32,000 nucleotides of DNA from Ureaplasma parvum serovar 3 str. ATCC 27815 (GCF_000019345.1 NC_010503.1:450001-482000), one strand, 5' to 3'. Counted from the first letter of the stretch, positions 1 through 12,258 are shown. Numbers and translations are program-made. The notes: generated by a model from the sequence alone, not told the origin.

Positions 1-525
1 AAAAAAGGTGGTGCTAATCGGTTAAATGTAGCGATTACAAGAGCAGCAGATAAAATGATTGTTGTTAAATCAATTAAAGCTGTGGATATGATGGTTAATA
101 TTAATAATGATAATATTAGGACTTTTAAAAATTTTATTGGTTATTGTGATGAAATTGTTCATTTGACTAATCAAAATAAATTTAATGATTGTAGTCATTT
201 TGATGAAGAATTTTTAACAAGTTTAGAAAAAACCATATTGAAAATTTTAAAAGATTATAAAAAAACAAATCAACAAATTTTATATAAACTAAAAATTGGT
301 AATTTTAAAATCACTTTTGCTTTATATAATGAAGAAAAACAAAAAATCGATTTACTTATTTTTATAGAAGAGTTTAATGAATGAAAATCATATAATCTTT
401 TAGAAATTTATGATCAATTTAACTTCTTAATGGATCGTGGTTATAAAACAATCGTTATTAATGATTATGAAATTTGTTTAAACTATAATCAAGTTAAAAA
501 TAATATTATTAAATTAATTGATTAA
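1..525 (+). CDS. C-terminal part of a superfamily I DNA/RNA helicase-like protein (partial, begins upstream)
   Basis: Frame 1 reads KKGGANRLNVAITRAADKMIVV; the RLNVAITRA motif is typical of the SF1 helicase C-terminus. One in-frame TGA (382-384) read as Trp; stop TAA 523-525. Confidence 0.65.
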
Positions 526-585
526 TATATATTATTAAATTGTTAAAATTTATGAAATATTTATTATCTTTTCTGGAGGTTTAAT

Positions 586-1401
586 TTGAATTTAAAGTCA
601 TTTGAATTTTTAAAAGGTGATGCAATTGTTGATAACCAAATAAAAAAAGCTATTAATACTAGTTTGATTAAAGCATCATTTTCATGTGCAATTATGTGTA
701 TATTAGTTCTTATTTTTGGTTTTTTAATGCGAAAATATTTATTTTATTTTTCAGATGCATCTAGTTTAATTATTAGCTCTCGTTTGATTTTTCAAATAAT
801 TACAATCATTGTTGCTACTTTATCAATTGTCTATTTTATTGTTCATTTAATCATTTACTTTAGACAAAGAAATAATTTTTTAGCTCCTAAATTTGCATGA
901 TCAATCATATTGTATCTATTGGATGGTATTACAATGTGTTTTATGATTAGTTATGTAGCGGCGATTGTAGGATTAGATTTGACGTTAATAGCCATTGGAA
1001 TTAGTTTATCAATCATTGTCGCAATGGGAATACTAGGTTTTATTATGAATCATAAAATTGCTTTTAAATTAGGCATTGCTAATATCGTTTTATTTACTAT
1101 TGCTACAATTGGTTCAATTATTTTATTGATTGTATTTTTTACAACGAGATATAACCATACTGGTTTTAACAAAGGTGTTATTATTGCTGACATTGTATTA
1201 AGTATTATTTGATTGCTCGCTTTAAGTATTGGTTTTGCTTCGACGATTTACATTATTAAAGTAATGGCCGAACATCATAATTTAGATAATAAAAAAATAA
1301 TGCGTGATTTTACAACTTGAAATAGTTATTTACTATTTGCTTCATTCAATCGTATTTTATTATATGTAATTCGTTTGTTTTTATTGTTTAAAAGAGTATA
1401 A
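586..1401 (+). CDS. Hypothetical multi-pass membrane protein
   Basis: TTG start 586 after GGAGGT (575-580). Continuous frame when TGA is read as Trp (898-900 and later). Several hydrophobic segments; stop TAA 1399-1401. Confidence 0.8.
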
Positions 1402-1405
1402 ATAT

Positions 1406-1432
1406 AACAGGTTTGTTTAAACCTGTTTTTTT
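1406..1432 (+). terminator. Intrinsic terminator
   Basis: AACAGGTTT-GTTT-AAACCTGTT perfect 9-bp stem followed by a T-run. Confidence 0.8.
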
Positions 1433-1453
1433 ATGACAATACATTTATTTTTT

Positions 1454-1480
1454 AGCACTCATTATTTTAAAGTGCTAAAA
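1454..1480. promoter_or_regulatory. CIRCE operator (HrcA-binding site) upstream of clpB
   Basis: TTAGCACTC-ATTATTTTA-AAGTGCTAA; matches TTAGCACTC-N9-GAGTGCTAA with one mismatch. TATAAT at 1484-1489. Confidence 0.85.
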
Positions 1481-1507
1481 TTATAATAGTAAAGTAGGTG
1501 ATTATTT

Positions 1508-3622
1508 ATGGAATTTAAACAAAAAAACTCAAACAATCCATTAGAGGAATTTGGACGTAATTTAAATAAGGAAATTTTAGATAATAAAATTGACCCCATT
1601 ATCGGTCGAGATGAAGAAATTAGAAGAACCATTGAAATTCTAAGTCGTAAAACTAAGAATAATCCTGTCTTAATTGGTGAACCTGGTGTTGGTAAAACAG
1701 CAATTGTTGAGGGGCTTGCATACCGAATTGTTCATAAAGATGTTCCTTCAAACTTATTAGATAAAACAATTATTGAATTATCATTATCATCTTTAATTGC
1801 AGGCGCTAGTTATCAAGGCCAGTTTGAGGAACGAATTAATAGTATTTTAAAAGAAGTCAAAAAAGCAGATGGTAATATCATTTTGTTTATTGATGAAATA
1901 CATCAAATTGTTGGTATGGGTAGAAATCAAGGTTCAAATATGGATGTTGCTAATATTTTAAAACCAATGATGGCAAGAGGAGAAATCAAATTAATTGGCG
2001 CCACAACGCTTGATGAGTATCGTTTATATATTGAAAAAGATCAGGCATTAGAACGTCGTTTTACAAAAGTTTTAGTTAACAAACCAACAATTCAAGAAAC
2101 TTTAACAATAATGCGAGGTTTAAAGCCACGGTGAGAAGCCTTTCATGGGATTAAAATCCATGATAATGCATTAATTGCTGCTGTTAATTTATCTGAACGT
2201 TACATAAATGATCGTAATTTGCCAGATAAAGCTATTGATTTAATTGATGAAGCAGCTGCAAAGATTAAAACGCAAATTAATTCACAACCAATATATTTAG
2301 ATGAAATTAAACGTGATTTACAACATTTACAAACTGAAAAAGCCGCTTTAGAACCAGAAAAAGATGAAAAATCAATTAAACGTTTAAATGAAATTTTAGA
2401 AAAAATTAAATTAAAACAAGATGAATTTAACAATTTAAATGATTTGTATTTAAAAGAAAAAAAGCAAATTGACGATTTAAAAAATTTACGGCAAAAAATT
2501 GAAAGAATTCAACATGATATTGAATTTTATCAATCTGAGGGTAAGTATGAAAAAGCATCAAGATTACTTTATTCAGATTTACCATTATTTGAAAAACAAC
2601 GAGAAGAATTAGAAAATAAAATTAATGAGAATAATAATCAAAAAATGATTATTGATTCATTAACAGAGAATGAAATTGCTGATGTTATTGCGCGTGCTAC
2701 AGGAATTCCATTAAGTCATTTATTAGCTGATGAAAAAACAAAATTATTATCGCTAAACAAACGAATTGCTAGTCATGTTATTGGTCAAGATGAAGCAGTT
2801 AAATTAATAAGTGATGCGGTAATCCGTGGTCGTGCAGGTATTAATAATCCTAACCAACCTATTGGTTCTTTCTTATTTTTAGGACCTACGGGCGTTGGTA
2901 AAACAGAATTAGCAAAAACTTTAGCAAAAGAATTGTTCAATTCAGAAAAAGCCTTAATTAGATTTGATATGAGTGAATATATGGAAAAACATAGTGTATC
3001 AAAATTAGTTGGTGCTCCACCTGGTTATATTGGTTATGAAAATGCTGGAGTTTTAACTGAATCTGTTAAACGCAAACCATATAGTATTTTGTTATTTGAT
3101 GAAATTGAAAAAGCACACCCTGATATTTTAAATATTTTATTACAAATATTGGATGAAGGTAGCATTAAGGATGCTAAAAATAATGAAATTAATTTTAAAA
3201 ATACAATTATTATTATGACATCTAATATTGGAGCAGAAGCTTTATTAGAAAATAATAAAACAAAGGCATTACTTGATTTACAAAAAACTTTTAAACCAGA
3301 AATTTTAAACCGAATTTCTGAAATTATTTTCTTTAATAAGTTATCAAAAGAAATCATTTTTAAGATTAGTGAAAATTTACTTAAAGAATTAGAAAATTTA
3401 TTAGCTAAGCAAGATTATTTAATTAAATTTGATGATAATATTGCTCAAATCATGGTTGAAGATGCTTATAGTTCAAATTATGGTGCAAGACCTTTAAAAC
3501 GATGAATTACAAAACATTTAGAAAATGAAATTGCTAAATTAATAATTGAAAATCGTATTACAAAAAACATAAATTATAAAATAAATTATGATCGTGAACT
3601 AGATCAAGTTTTAATTAAATAA
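1508..3622 (+). CDS. clpB: ATP-dependent chaperone ClpB, short form lacking the N-terminal ClpN domain
   Basis: Two AAA+ modules: GEPGVGKTA and [14 protein letters not shown] Walker [18 protein letters not shown] Walker [11 protein letters not shown]; middle coiled-coil domain present. TGA codons at 2132-2134 and 3503-3505 read as Trp. About 704 aa, starting about 35 residues before the first AAA module motifs. Confidence 0.95.
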
Positions 3623-3627
3623 TAATA

Positions 3628-3660
3628 AAAATCACCAACAATAAAATGGTGGTTTTTTAT
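3628..3660 (+). terminator. Intrinsic terminator downstream of clpB
   Basis: AAATCACCA...TGGTGGTTT stem (one G-T wobble) followed by a T-run. Confidence 0.75.
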
Positions 3661-3775
3661 TCCAAATATTTAATTAAAACCTTTTTTTAGTAATATAAAG
3701 TAAAAAAGATTATTTTTATTAATTAGTATTATTCTTATAATTATTATTAAATTTTTAGAAAGATAGACATTAGCA

Positions 3776-5560
3776 ATGTTAAAAAATTATTTTCAATCAA
3801 GTTGATTATATACAACCTTTTTATCACGTTTGGTACTTTTTAAAAAAAGCACATATTTTTTAGTAGGAATTAGCTTATTTGTTAATTTAATTTTTATAAT
3901 TATAAATGGTTTAAATATTGCTAATAATATAAAAACGTATTTGATTTTATTTTATCTTTTTACTAGTATTAATTCACTTTTAACAATAGTCTTTAGCACT
4001 ATTAAAGCTATTAATTTATTCAAAGATTTAAAGGATGAAGGAATTGAAATTTTAGTCTTTTCAAAAAGTATTTCACGTAAAAACATTATTTTTACTAAAA
4101 TAGGTTTTTTAATATTAAATATTGTTTTTTGAAGTTTAATAACTTATATTTTAAATATTATTTTTTACGTAGTAAATATAAAGAATAATAACGGTATTAA
4201 TTTTTTTTATTTATATGCTTTTTTTAATTATTATTTCTGTGGATTAATTTTTGCTAGTATTGCTGCTTTAATTGTTAGTCGTTGATCAAATAAAGTTGCT
4301 ATGATTATTCCAATTAGTTGTTTTCTCCCCTTTTTAATTGCTGGTGGTGTTGCTAATTTGTATTCAACATCTAAAATTAATCAAGTAGCCAAATACATGA
4401 ATATTAATTATGATAAATATGATAGTAATACAATTTTAGATGTAGAAAAATTTTATTTAAATAATCATAATGATGAAGTTTATTTAATCACTAAAAATTT
4501 AAATAATCCACAATTTAGTAAACGTCAGAATTATTTTTTGAAAGCAGCGTTTGATCACGCAAAAAATGCATCGACATTTTTTCATGTCTTATCTTGATTA
4601 TCTGTTCCTTATCAATTAAATAATAGTTTTTATAAGAATGATATTGATCCTTTTAGTGTTAATAGCCAACACGAAAATTATTTAGATAAATATTTTAATT
4701 ATCATGGTTTAGAATCAAAATTATATGATTATAAACTTAACAAACACCCTCATTTACCACAATTTAATATTAATGAAAATCAAAAAGAATATTTTGTTCC
4801 TGGAGCTTTAAAAAATACGAGTCAATTCCCAACACTTGAGAATCGTAATTTAATTTATGCGAGAGAAAATGTAGATCGTTTTGACGTTAATTTCATTGAG
4901 GATGATAATTTATTTTCATCAACTAATGATTTTGTTGGTGAATTAAAATGAGCGGTTATTAGAAATACATTAGAATCAAAAGTTTTCAATAACTTTGCCA
5001 AAAAATTTTATGATAATTTTGATGAAGATATTGATAAACCACAAATTATTGCTGCTTATAATGATGTAATTAATGAACAATCATCAATAAATTTTTCAAC
5101 AATCGTTGATGAAAATAGTATTCTATTTGCTAAAAAGATAAATAATTATTATGTTAAAAATCTTGTTGAAAAGAAAATTTATTTCATTGTAGCTTTAATG
5201 TATTATTTATATTTTAATGAGGAACGTTGAAATCTTTTAGAAAAATTATTAAAAAACGATAAAGTTATTAATTTTTATCGTCCATCATCAATAAGAATCA
5301 ATGTAAATAATTATGCATATGATATTGGAGGGATTGGAAGTTATGAATTAATGAAAAAAGTAGTTAATAACAAAACTTTATATCGTTACCAACTACAAAA
5401 AAGTAATAATTATGTTTTTCAAACAGCAAAAGAAGTTTATTCTATTAAACGTGCTGATCAAATTGTTAATAAAAATTATTATTGATTAATTTGAATTTTA
5501 TTTAGTACGATTTTAATTATAAGCTTGGCTTTAATTTATTTAAAACGAGATTATAAATAA
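3776..5560 (+). CDS. Large membrane protein, probable ABC-type permease (about 594 aa)
   Basis: ATG 3776, continuous in frame 2 with TGA as Trp to TAA 5558-5560. N-terminal cluster of transmembrane segments with SKSISRKNIIFTKI, long hydrophilic region, single C-terminal TM followed by a basic tail. Family assignment is by overall architecture. Confidence 0.6.
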
Positions 5561-5589
5561 TTATAATTACTTACTAAAACTTAGTTTAT

Positions 5590-5937
5590 TTAGTTCATAT
5601 TATTAATTAAACCTACTACAGAAGCAACTATATAAGTTTCTGTGTATGAAATTGAAAGTTCTAACTCTTTTATTAAAATTTTATTAAGATAAACTTGGCG
5701 TTGATTCTCTGTTTTCAGAATTAAAATATCTCCATATCCATATTTTAATTTTAAAGCTTTCATAACTGCTTCTTTACAGGCAAAAACGCTTGCAAGATAG
5801 CGTTTTTTTTCCCTTGATGAATTAAGTTGAAAATAGTATTCTAATTCATTATCAATTAAAATCCGTTTTGCAAATAAAGGATTATTTAATTCTTCACGAT
5901 TTCATTCAATAATATCAATTCCATGAACTAATTTCAT
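5590..5937 (-). CDS. acpS: Holo-[acyl-carrier-protein] synthase
   Basis: Reads MKLVHGIDIIEWNREELNNPLFAKRILIDNELEYYF...RYLASVFACKEAVMKALKLG, matching AcpS GxDI and FAxRxL / KEAxxKAL motifs. Confidence 0.8.
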
Positions 5938-5941
5938 TTTT

Positions 5942-6241
5942 TTATTTCCTTACCGGACGTTTCTCTCAAACATCAAAAGTGCTTTTTTTATCAACAACTT
6001 TTTCTAAAAGATCAATAAAATTATTTAGTGATGTTGTGTATTCACGTTCTTTTTCGAATTTTCTTTTATATTCATTAAGTTCTTCTATTTTTAATATTGC
6101 ATTTTTATGTTCATTTATAAATATTTCTAATTCATTAATTAATTCGTCTAAAAAAACATCTACACTTTCAGGATCGTAACCAACTTTGTTAGCAACAAAT
6201 TTTTTATTTTTATACTCATTAATTTTATTATCATTTACCAT
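5942..6241 (-). CDS. DivIVA/GpsB-like coiled-coil protein
   Basis: VGYDPESVDVFLDELINEL resembles the DivIVA N-terminal motif, followed by a coiled coil. TGA at 5966-5968 read as Trp, so the frame extends to TAA 5942-5944 (…DVWEKRPVRK). ATG at 6241 with AGGTG upstream; the ORF track start at 6247 is GTG. Confidence 0.6.
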
Positions 6242-6291
6242 GCACACACCTATTGATTTAAATTATCTTCTCTACTAGTTTAAATTATAAC

Positions 6292-6573
6292 TTAAGAATT
6301 TAAATAATAAATATTCATATAGGGAATTTTAGGACCAACTATTGTACTCATATCTACATTAATTGTTTCTATTTTAATCGAATCTATATCTTGTGAATCG
6401 TGGTTTTGTTGTGATGAACTAGCCATTACAATATTTGTTATGCCTCCAATCATAGAAATAGCTGTATTAGCAATAATTGTCCCAAATAACATTTTATTTC
6501 AAAAACCTAATGCTCCAGAAACAAGTGGCATAAATCCTCCATAAATCATGTTTTTATTAATTATTCTTTGCAT
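6292..6573 (-). CDS. Small membrane protein, tandem paralogue B (start may be 6573 or 6531)
   Basis: MQRIINKNMIYGGFMPLVSGALGFWNKMLFGTIIANTAISMIGGITNIVMASSSQQ...; TAA of the upstream gene is at 6575-6577. A GGAGGA sequence precedes the internal ATG at 6531. Confidence 0.65.
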
Positions 6574-6574
6574 A

Positions 6575-6853
6575 TTAAAAAAATGGAGTTCCTAAACTAA
6601 TCGTTGAATTCATTGGTTTTTGTGCGATTCTTGCATAAGTGCGAGCAACAGAGTTATCGATCATTTGTTGAGGATTAAATTTTGGTTGAGGGTTAAAAGC
6701 ATAAACTAATTGTGAAATCATTCCTAAGAATCCAACAACTGTTTGACCTAACATTGATGAAATTAAAGCGTTATTTCACATATAATTAAAAGAGTTAGAA
6801 GTTGAAAAACCACCATAATAAACTTTTTTAAAATTATCAGATATTTTTTGCAT
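6575..6853 (-). CDS. Small membrane protein, tandem paralogue A
   Basis: MQKISDNFKKVYYGGFSTSNSFNYMWNNALISSMLGQTVVGFLGMISQLVYAFNPQ...ISLGTPFF; in-frame TGA read as Trp; AAAGGA upstream of the ATG. Confidence 0.7.
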
Positions 6854-6902
6854 ATTGTTAATTCCTTTCTTACATTAAAAGAATTAGTTAAAAAAGAAGA
6901 TT

Positions 6903-7853
6903 TTATTTATTTTTAATAATTTGTTGAAAGTTACTAAAGTGTTCTTTAGCGACTTGTTTTAAAATTTTTAAGCCAAATTTTTGAAAAATATTACTAGCGA
7001 CGTCATTAACTAAAGGATTTGAACTTCCTAACGGGATTTTAACGTTAAATTGTTCTTCAATAATTGCAATCATTTTTAAAAACATAACACGTGCAATTAT
7101 TGACGCCAAAGCTACACTTGTATAAATTGATTCGGCTTTAGGGATTAATAAGTTTGGTTCATAAGGTTGAAAATTGACTTTTTGTAAATATTGATTTCAG
7201 TTTTTTAATGAACTAAAAGCATCAACAACACTAAAAATTGAATATTTAGCGTGTTTGTGAATTTCACTTTGTAATGCTTTATAATGTAAAATAGTTTTAA
7301 GAATATGTGCATTATTGTATTCTTTAATTAATTCATTGTATTCTTTAGGATTATAAGAAACAATTGTATATGAAATCTGATTTTTAATTTGTTGATATAT
7401 TTCTTGCATTTGCTGATCATTGAGTTTTTTAGAATCTATGATTTTTAAATGATTTATTTTTTTAAAATCACTTTTTTTTAAACTCACTGCGCAAACAACT
7501 ATACCTCCAAATAAATCGCCAACTCCAACCTCATCAGACCCAATAATTACTTGGGCACTTTCATAAATTTCTGATTGGCTCATAACATTTTGATTATTTT
7601 TTTTAGTGTTTACTTGTTGTTTTATAACATTAAATAGTGTTAAATCTTCTCTTTTTAAAAATGTGTTTAAAAAAGAATTTATATCATGAGTATTAATAGT
7701 ACATGTGTTAGTATTGTAAATAATGATTAAAGTACCATCGATCTTAAAAGTATATTTAGCATAATTATGGTTGTTATGTACTAAATATGGTCTTCATAGA
7801 ATTAAGAATTTATCAACTTGATTAGATGTTAATTTAACAGAAACAATTGCCAT
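6903..7853 (-). CDS. rnhC: Ribonuclease HIII
   Basis: [19 protein letters not shown] active-site motif, [24 protein letters not shown]. Frame extends back to ATG 7853, giving the N-terminal domain found in HIII enzymes; 316 aa with in-frame TGA as Trp. Confidence 0.85.
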
Positions 7854-7952
7854 AAAAAACCTTTTATTAATGTCTTATAATAAAATTATAAGTTTAAACG
7901 TATTTATATTGTTTATAATTAATTAAATTAGTTTAATACTAGGAGTTCGATT

Positions 7953-8558
7953 ATGAAATTTAAGAAGTTTGATAGTAAAAAATCGATTTTACGTTTTTTA
8001 CAAGTTGATGAAACAAAACGTGAAATTAATTTGTCTTTTAATGACACAACTGATTTTATTTTTTTTCTAAAAGAAATTGCTGAAGATCCTAATATTGCTA
8101 AAAAGAATGCTAAAAAATTAACTAGCTTATACATTGAAATTAGTAATAAACTGGGTAATGATGACAACACTGATTTAAGCGTTTATGAAACAAAATGTAA
8201 TAATTTAATTGAAGCCTGTGTTATTGATGAAGCAATCTATTTAGTTAATATGGCAAAGAACATAGTCATTTTCTTAGCTCATAACAAACTTGATCTTTTA
8301 CAAAAAGATTTTTTTGATAAATTATTATTAATAGAATCGCATTTTAATTTTGATCAAAATCTTACTTATTCATATATTAAAAACTCATCAATTGCGTTAT
8401 TGATATTTCATTTAAAGCAATTTATTAACATTTATGATGAATTTTTAAACAATTTTGAAAATGTTATTAATCATAGTTTAGAAAATTCAATTTCAACTAA
8501 AAATAAATTAACCCAACAAATCAATCATTTTAATACTATAAAACGTCGTCCTTCATAA
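7953..8558 (+). CDS. Hypothetical protein (201 aa), predominantly soluble, helix-rich
   Basis: Uninterrupted ORF with AGGAG 10 nt upstream of ATG; no recognised motif. Confidence 0.75.
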   Translation: MKFKKFDSKKSILRFLQVDETKREINLSFNDTTDFIFFLKEIAEDPNIAKKNAKKLTSLYIEISNKLGNDDNTDLSVYETKCNNLIEACVIDEAIYLVNMAKNIVIFLAHNKLDLLQKDFFDKLLLIESHFNFDQNLTYSYIKNSSIALLIFHLKQFINIYDEFLNNFENVINHSLENSISTKNKLTQQINHFNTIKRRPS

Positions 8559-8590
8559 TAAAACAAATAATTAAGATACAGTTGCATTAT

Positions 8591-8627
8591 AAAAACCCTT
8601 GGATTCATAAATAATCTAAGGGTTTTT
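8591..8627. terminator. Bidirectional intrinsic terminator between convergent genes
   Basis: AAAAACCCTTGGATT...AATCTAAGGGTTTTT. Confidence 0.85.
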
Positions 8628-8650
8628 ATAATTTGATATTCTTTTGTATG

Positions 8651-9697
8651 TTATGATCTTAAAACTTTATAAATGAAATATGGACCAATTAATAATGGTA
8701 ATATAGCACCAACGTGATAAACACTCATTCCGATCAATGAAATACCAATTCAATAAGTAATTAATGTTGACAACATTCCATATATCCCTGAATTTAATAT
8801 TCCGTATGTGAAACTATTATTACGACGACGCATTGCTGCATTACCCGCTAATAGACCAACATAAACAAAATCGCCTGATATTGAATAACTTGCACCTACC
8901 ATTATACCAACAAAGATTAGAGCAATAAAAATTTGAAAATTAATTTTTATTCCTAATTGTTTTGCTACTTGTTGGTTAGTAGCAATAATGTTTAGTTTGT
9001 ATGAGTTAAATAATAATCATAATAAGCCTAAAATAACAAAGCTTGCTGCAATAATTAATGAATTTAATGGTGCTTTTTGTACTGACCCTACAATATGGCC
9101 AACAACATAATCATTAGCGTGATAATTTAATCAACCACGAATACTTTGTGCAATTGCAATTAAAAAGAATGTTAAAATAACTCCTATTAAAATTAGTTTT
9201 TTGTAATTAAAGTTTTCTTTTTGACGTGAAACAAAGAAATATAAAACCATTAAACAACAACTCATAAACATAAAAATTCATGGTTCTTTTTTTTGTAAGA
9301 TGCTTAATTCGTTTGCACTTGTAAAATCAACTGGGATACTTAAAGCACATAATAAAATTAAATTAATTGTCCCAATACCCATTATTGATACATCTGCAAA
9401 ACGGTTTCGTGTGATGCGTTGTAAGACATAACTACTTACACCTAAAGCAACTCCAGTAATAATTAATTGTACAACCTCTTGTCATATTACTTTAGCTAAT
9501 TCACTAAAGCCTAACTTATTAGATAAGGTAACAGAAAAAATTAAAATAATGACAACTAATAAAGCAATCAATAAAGTTATTGTTATTAACAAAGGTTTAA
9601 AATGATATGGAATAAAACTTTTTTTATTTAATTCTAAGATGTGATTTTGTCCTAATATATTTTGTTTATCTTTAAAAAAATTAAATTTCATTTTCAT
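8651..9697 (-). CDS. FecCD-family ABC transporter permease (iron/siderophore/cobalamin type)
   Basis: Multi-pass protein with FecCD-type signatures: GVALGLSVSSYVLQRITRNRFADVSIMGI, VGHIVGSVQ, VGASYSISGDFVYVGLLAGNAAMRRR. Stop TAA 8651-8653. Confidence 0.75.
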
Positions 9698-9699
9698 AG

Positions 9700-10719
9700 T
9701 TATTCCACATTCCGACGGTATTGTTTTGAAACAAAAATATATGCAAAGACTGGTAAGGCAGCGATAGCTGAGAATAAATTAATATCAAATTGATTATAGA
9801 CATTAATTAATCAACGTGAAGATGTTAATAGTAATAATGAAATTACAAATGATAATAATAATTGTTTAAAACTATTGCCTTTTGGATTTAATATTCGTGC
9901 CACATGAGGCGCTATCATTCCTAATAGTGTTAAAACACCAATTAAAATGATGCTTGAAACAGTTGCGACAACTGCAAAAAAAGCTGTTAGCCAAAAAATC
10001 AAATTAACTTTAATTCCTAAAGATTTTGCTAATAAATAATCTTTAGCAATGATTGTATAATATGGCGCCATAAATAAATTTGCTAAACTAGAAATAATAA
10101 TTAATGGACCACCTATACATAATTGTTGTCATTGAAAATTAATTGGAGGTTCAACGAAACCTGTAATTTTAATGTTTATATCTTTTACAAGGTCTTCTAA
10201 TAATACATTAATACCAGTAATGATACCTCCAATTGCAAATCCTACTAAAATTGGTTTAAAACTTGCTTCTAAAGCATTTCCTTTTACCAAGAAAAAATTA
10301 ATTACAATTAGACATGAAGCAAAAACAATACCAATAATGAAAGGAAGATATAAAATTTGATTAATAGCAAGTTTACTAATTGCTAAACCTAAAATTGCAG
10401 CAGGTAAATATCCTAATGTAGTTGGTGAAGCTAGTGGGTTTCGTGAAACTACTTGCATACTGTACCCACTAAATGATAATGTTAATGCAGATAAAAAGAT
10501 TGCAATTGGAGTAGCAATAAATTTACGAATATAAGGGGCACTTCCCTCATTTATTTCTTCACCTACATTTTTAAAATTCATTAACTCTTTACCATCAAAA
10601 AGACAATAACAAATTAGCACACAAATACTTAAAATAATTAATAAAGATGTTATAAGTCTTCTAAAATGTGTTTTTCAATCTAATTTATTTTTAAATTTTA
10701 ATGATTTATTCTTAAACAT
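9700..10719 (-). CDS. FecCD-family ABC transporter permease
   Basis: LSGYSMQVVSRNPLASPTTLGYLPAA (FecCD GxxxQxxxRNPLAxPxxLG), LIGVLTLLGMIAPHVARIL. Continuous with TGA as Trp; stop 9700-9702 lies 3 nt from the next gene's ATG. Confidence 0.85.
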
Positions 10720-10729
10720 AAAAACTTAA

Positions 10730-12178
10730 TTATTTTTGTTTATTTTCTTTTGCTGGATCTGTTCAACTTACAACTTTTGTTCCTTCAACAGATTGTAATG
10801 TGTTTGTTGTACGATCATAGAATTCAAAATTAATTGGTGAACGAGAATTATTTGAATCGCCACGTTCAGTAGGAACAGCTTTTGGTATTGCATTGCCAAT
10901 AAGAGTTTTAAAAGAACGGTTAATATGAGAATTATTACCACCTAGAGCATATAAATTCATACCAGCAACTTTTTGAGCATCACCAGTGAAATCTTTAAAT
11001 TCGGTTTTTGTTTCATCTACTAAATCAGCTAAAAATCCTGGTAGTTTAGTATATGTTTTTCCTTTTTCTTTAACGAATGAAGCATAGTCTGGTTGAATTC
11101 CCAATGCCACACAATGATCTCATAAATTATAGAATCAGATTGCAAATTTATTATGATCATTATTAGAATTTTTTGGACGAATGTGTTTTAATGTTTGTTT
11201 TGATGGCATAGTTCAATCAAGACTAACACTTGCTAATTCACTATCACTTACCCCTAATCTTTTAGCAAGTGATTGAACTAAACGTACTGTTCCAATAGGT
11301 CCTCAAATTGAAGAATATTCAAATTGAAAATCAACTGGAATAATTTTGTTATTATTAACAGTTTTCTTAAAGAATTTTTCAAAATTTGATTTTAAAATCT
11401 CTCCATCTTCATTGCCTTCAAGATTGTTTGAGTCATAATTAAAGAAAACATAATCCGCAGTTCCATAAAAAGCTTCTTGCATTGATAGCATTCAATCATA
11501 GTCATTTTTTGACGCATTATTTTGGGATGCACCAATTCCATGTCAGTTATCAAAATATTTATCAGCATTATGGTTTTTTGGTTTAGGAAAACGTAAACCA
11601 AACCCAGGAACATTTGAATCATCTGGTTGAGAATACAATAAAGGGAATAAATCTTCTTGTTGGAAATAGTATAAATCTAATTTAGATGCATCTGAACTAT
11701 TAAAACTTTGTGTTGATTCTGCTCATAAAACAGTTGTATTATTATCTCTTAATTTTTTAATAGTTGGTAAATTAGCAACTTTTCTAACATATTCACGAAT
11801 CTTATTATTAAGTTCTTTAGCATACTCTAAAAAACTTGTTTTACCGCTATTTTTCAAAGGTTCATGTGATGTAATTTCATAACCTGCATCATCCAATGAT
11901 TTTGCAAACATTTCAAAACATTTATAAGGGTCTGTTAGTGAATTAAAAAAAGTACTACTATTATTAACATCACTTAAGATATATTTTTCACTAGATTTAG
12001 TTGCATTTTGTTTTGGAGCTTTTTTTGAAATTAACTTATTAAGTGTTGTTTTTCCTTCCTCTTTAACGTTATTGTCTTTTCTTGCACATGCTGTAGCAGC
12101 AACCGCAATACTTGAAATTAAAACAGTTGAAAAACCTACTAGCAATACTGCTAAAGATTTTTTATTTTTCTTAAACAT
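10730..12178 (-). CDS. Substrate-binding lipoprotein of the FecCD-type importer (about 482 aa)
   Basis: MFKKNKKSLAVLLVGFSTVLISSIAVAATACARK signal peptide plus lipobox cysteine. Directly upstream of two FecCD permeases, same strand. Multiple TGA as Trp. Confidence 0.75.
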
Positions 12179-12258
12179 ATTTTTATTATCCTCATTTTTA
12201 AAATAATATTGTTTTGTTTTGACAAACAATTTCATTCTAATAGTAAAAAGAAAATATT

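Noticed and set aside
2200-3357. Minus-strand ORFs 2200-2433 and 3034-3357.
   Set aside because: Antisense to clpB, no RBS or motif support; shadow ORFs.
11392-11622. Minus-strand ORF 11392-11622 overlapping the lipoprotein gene.
   Set aside because: Wrong frame inside the 482-aa lipoprotein reading frame.
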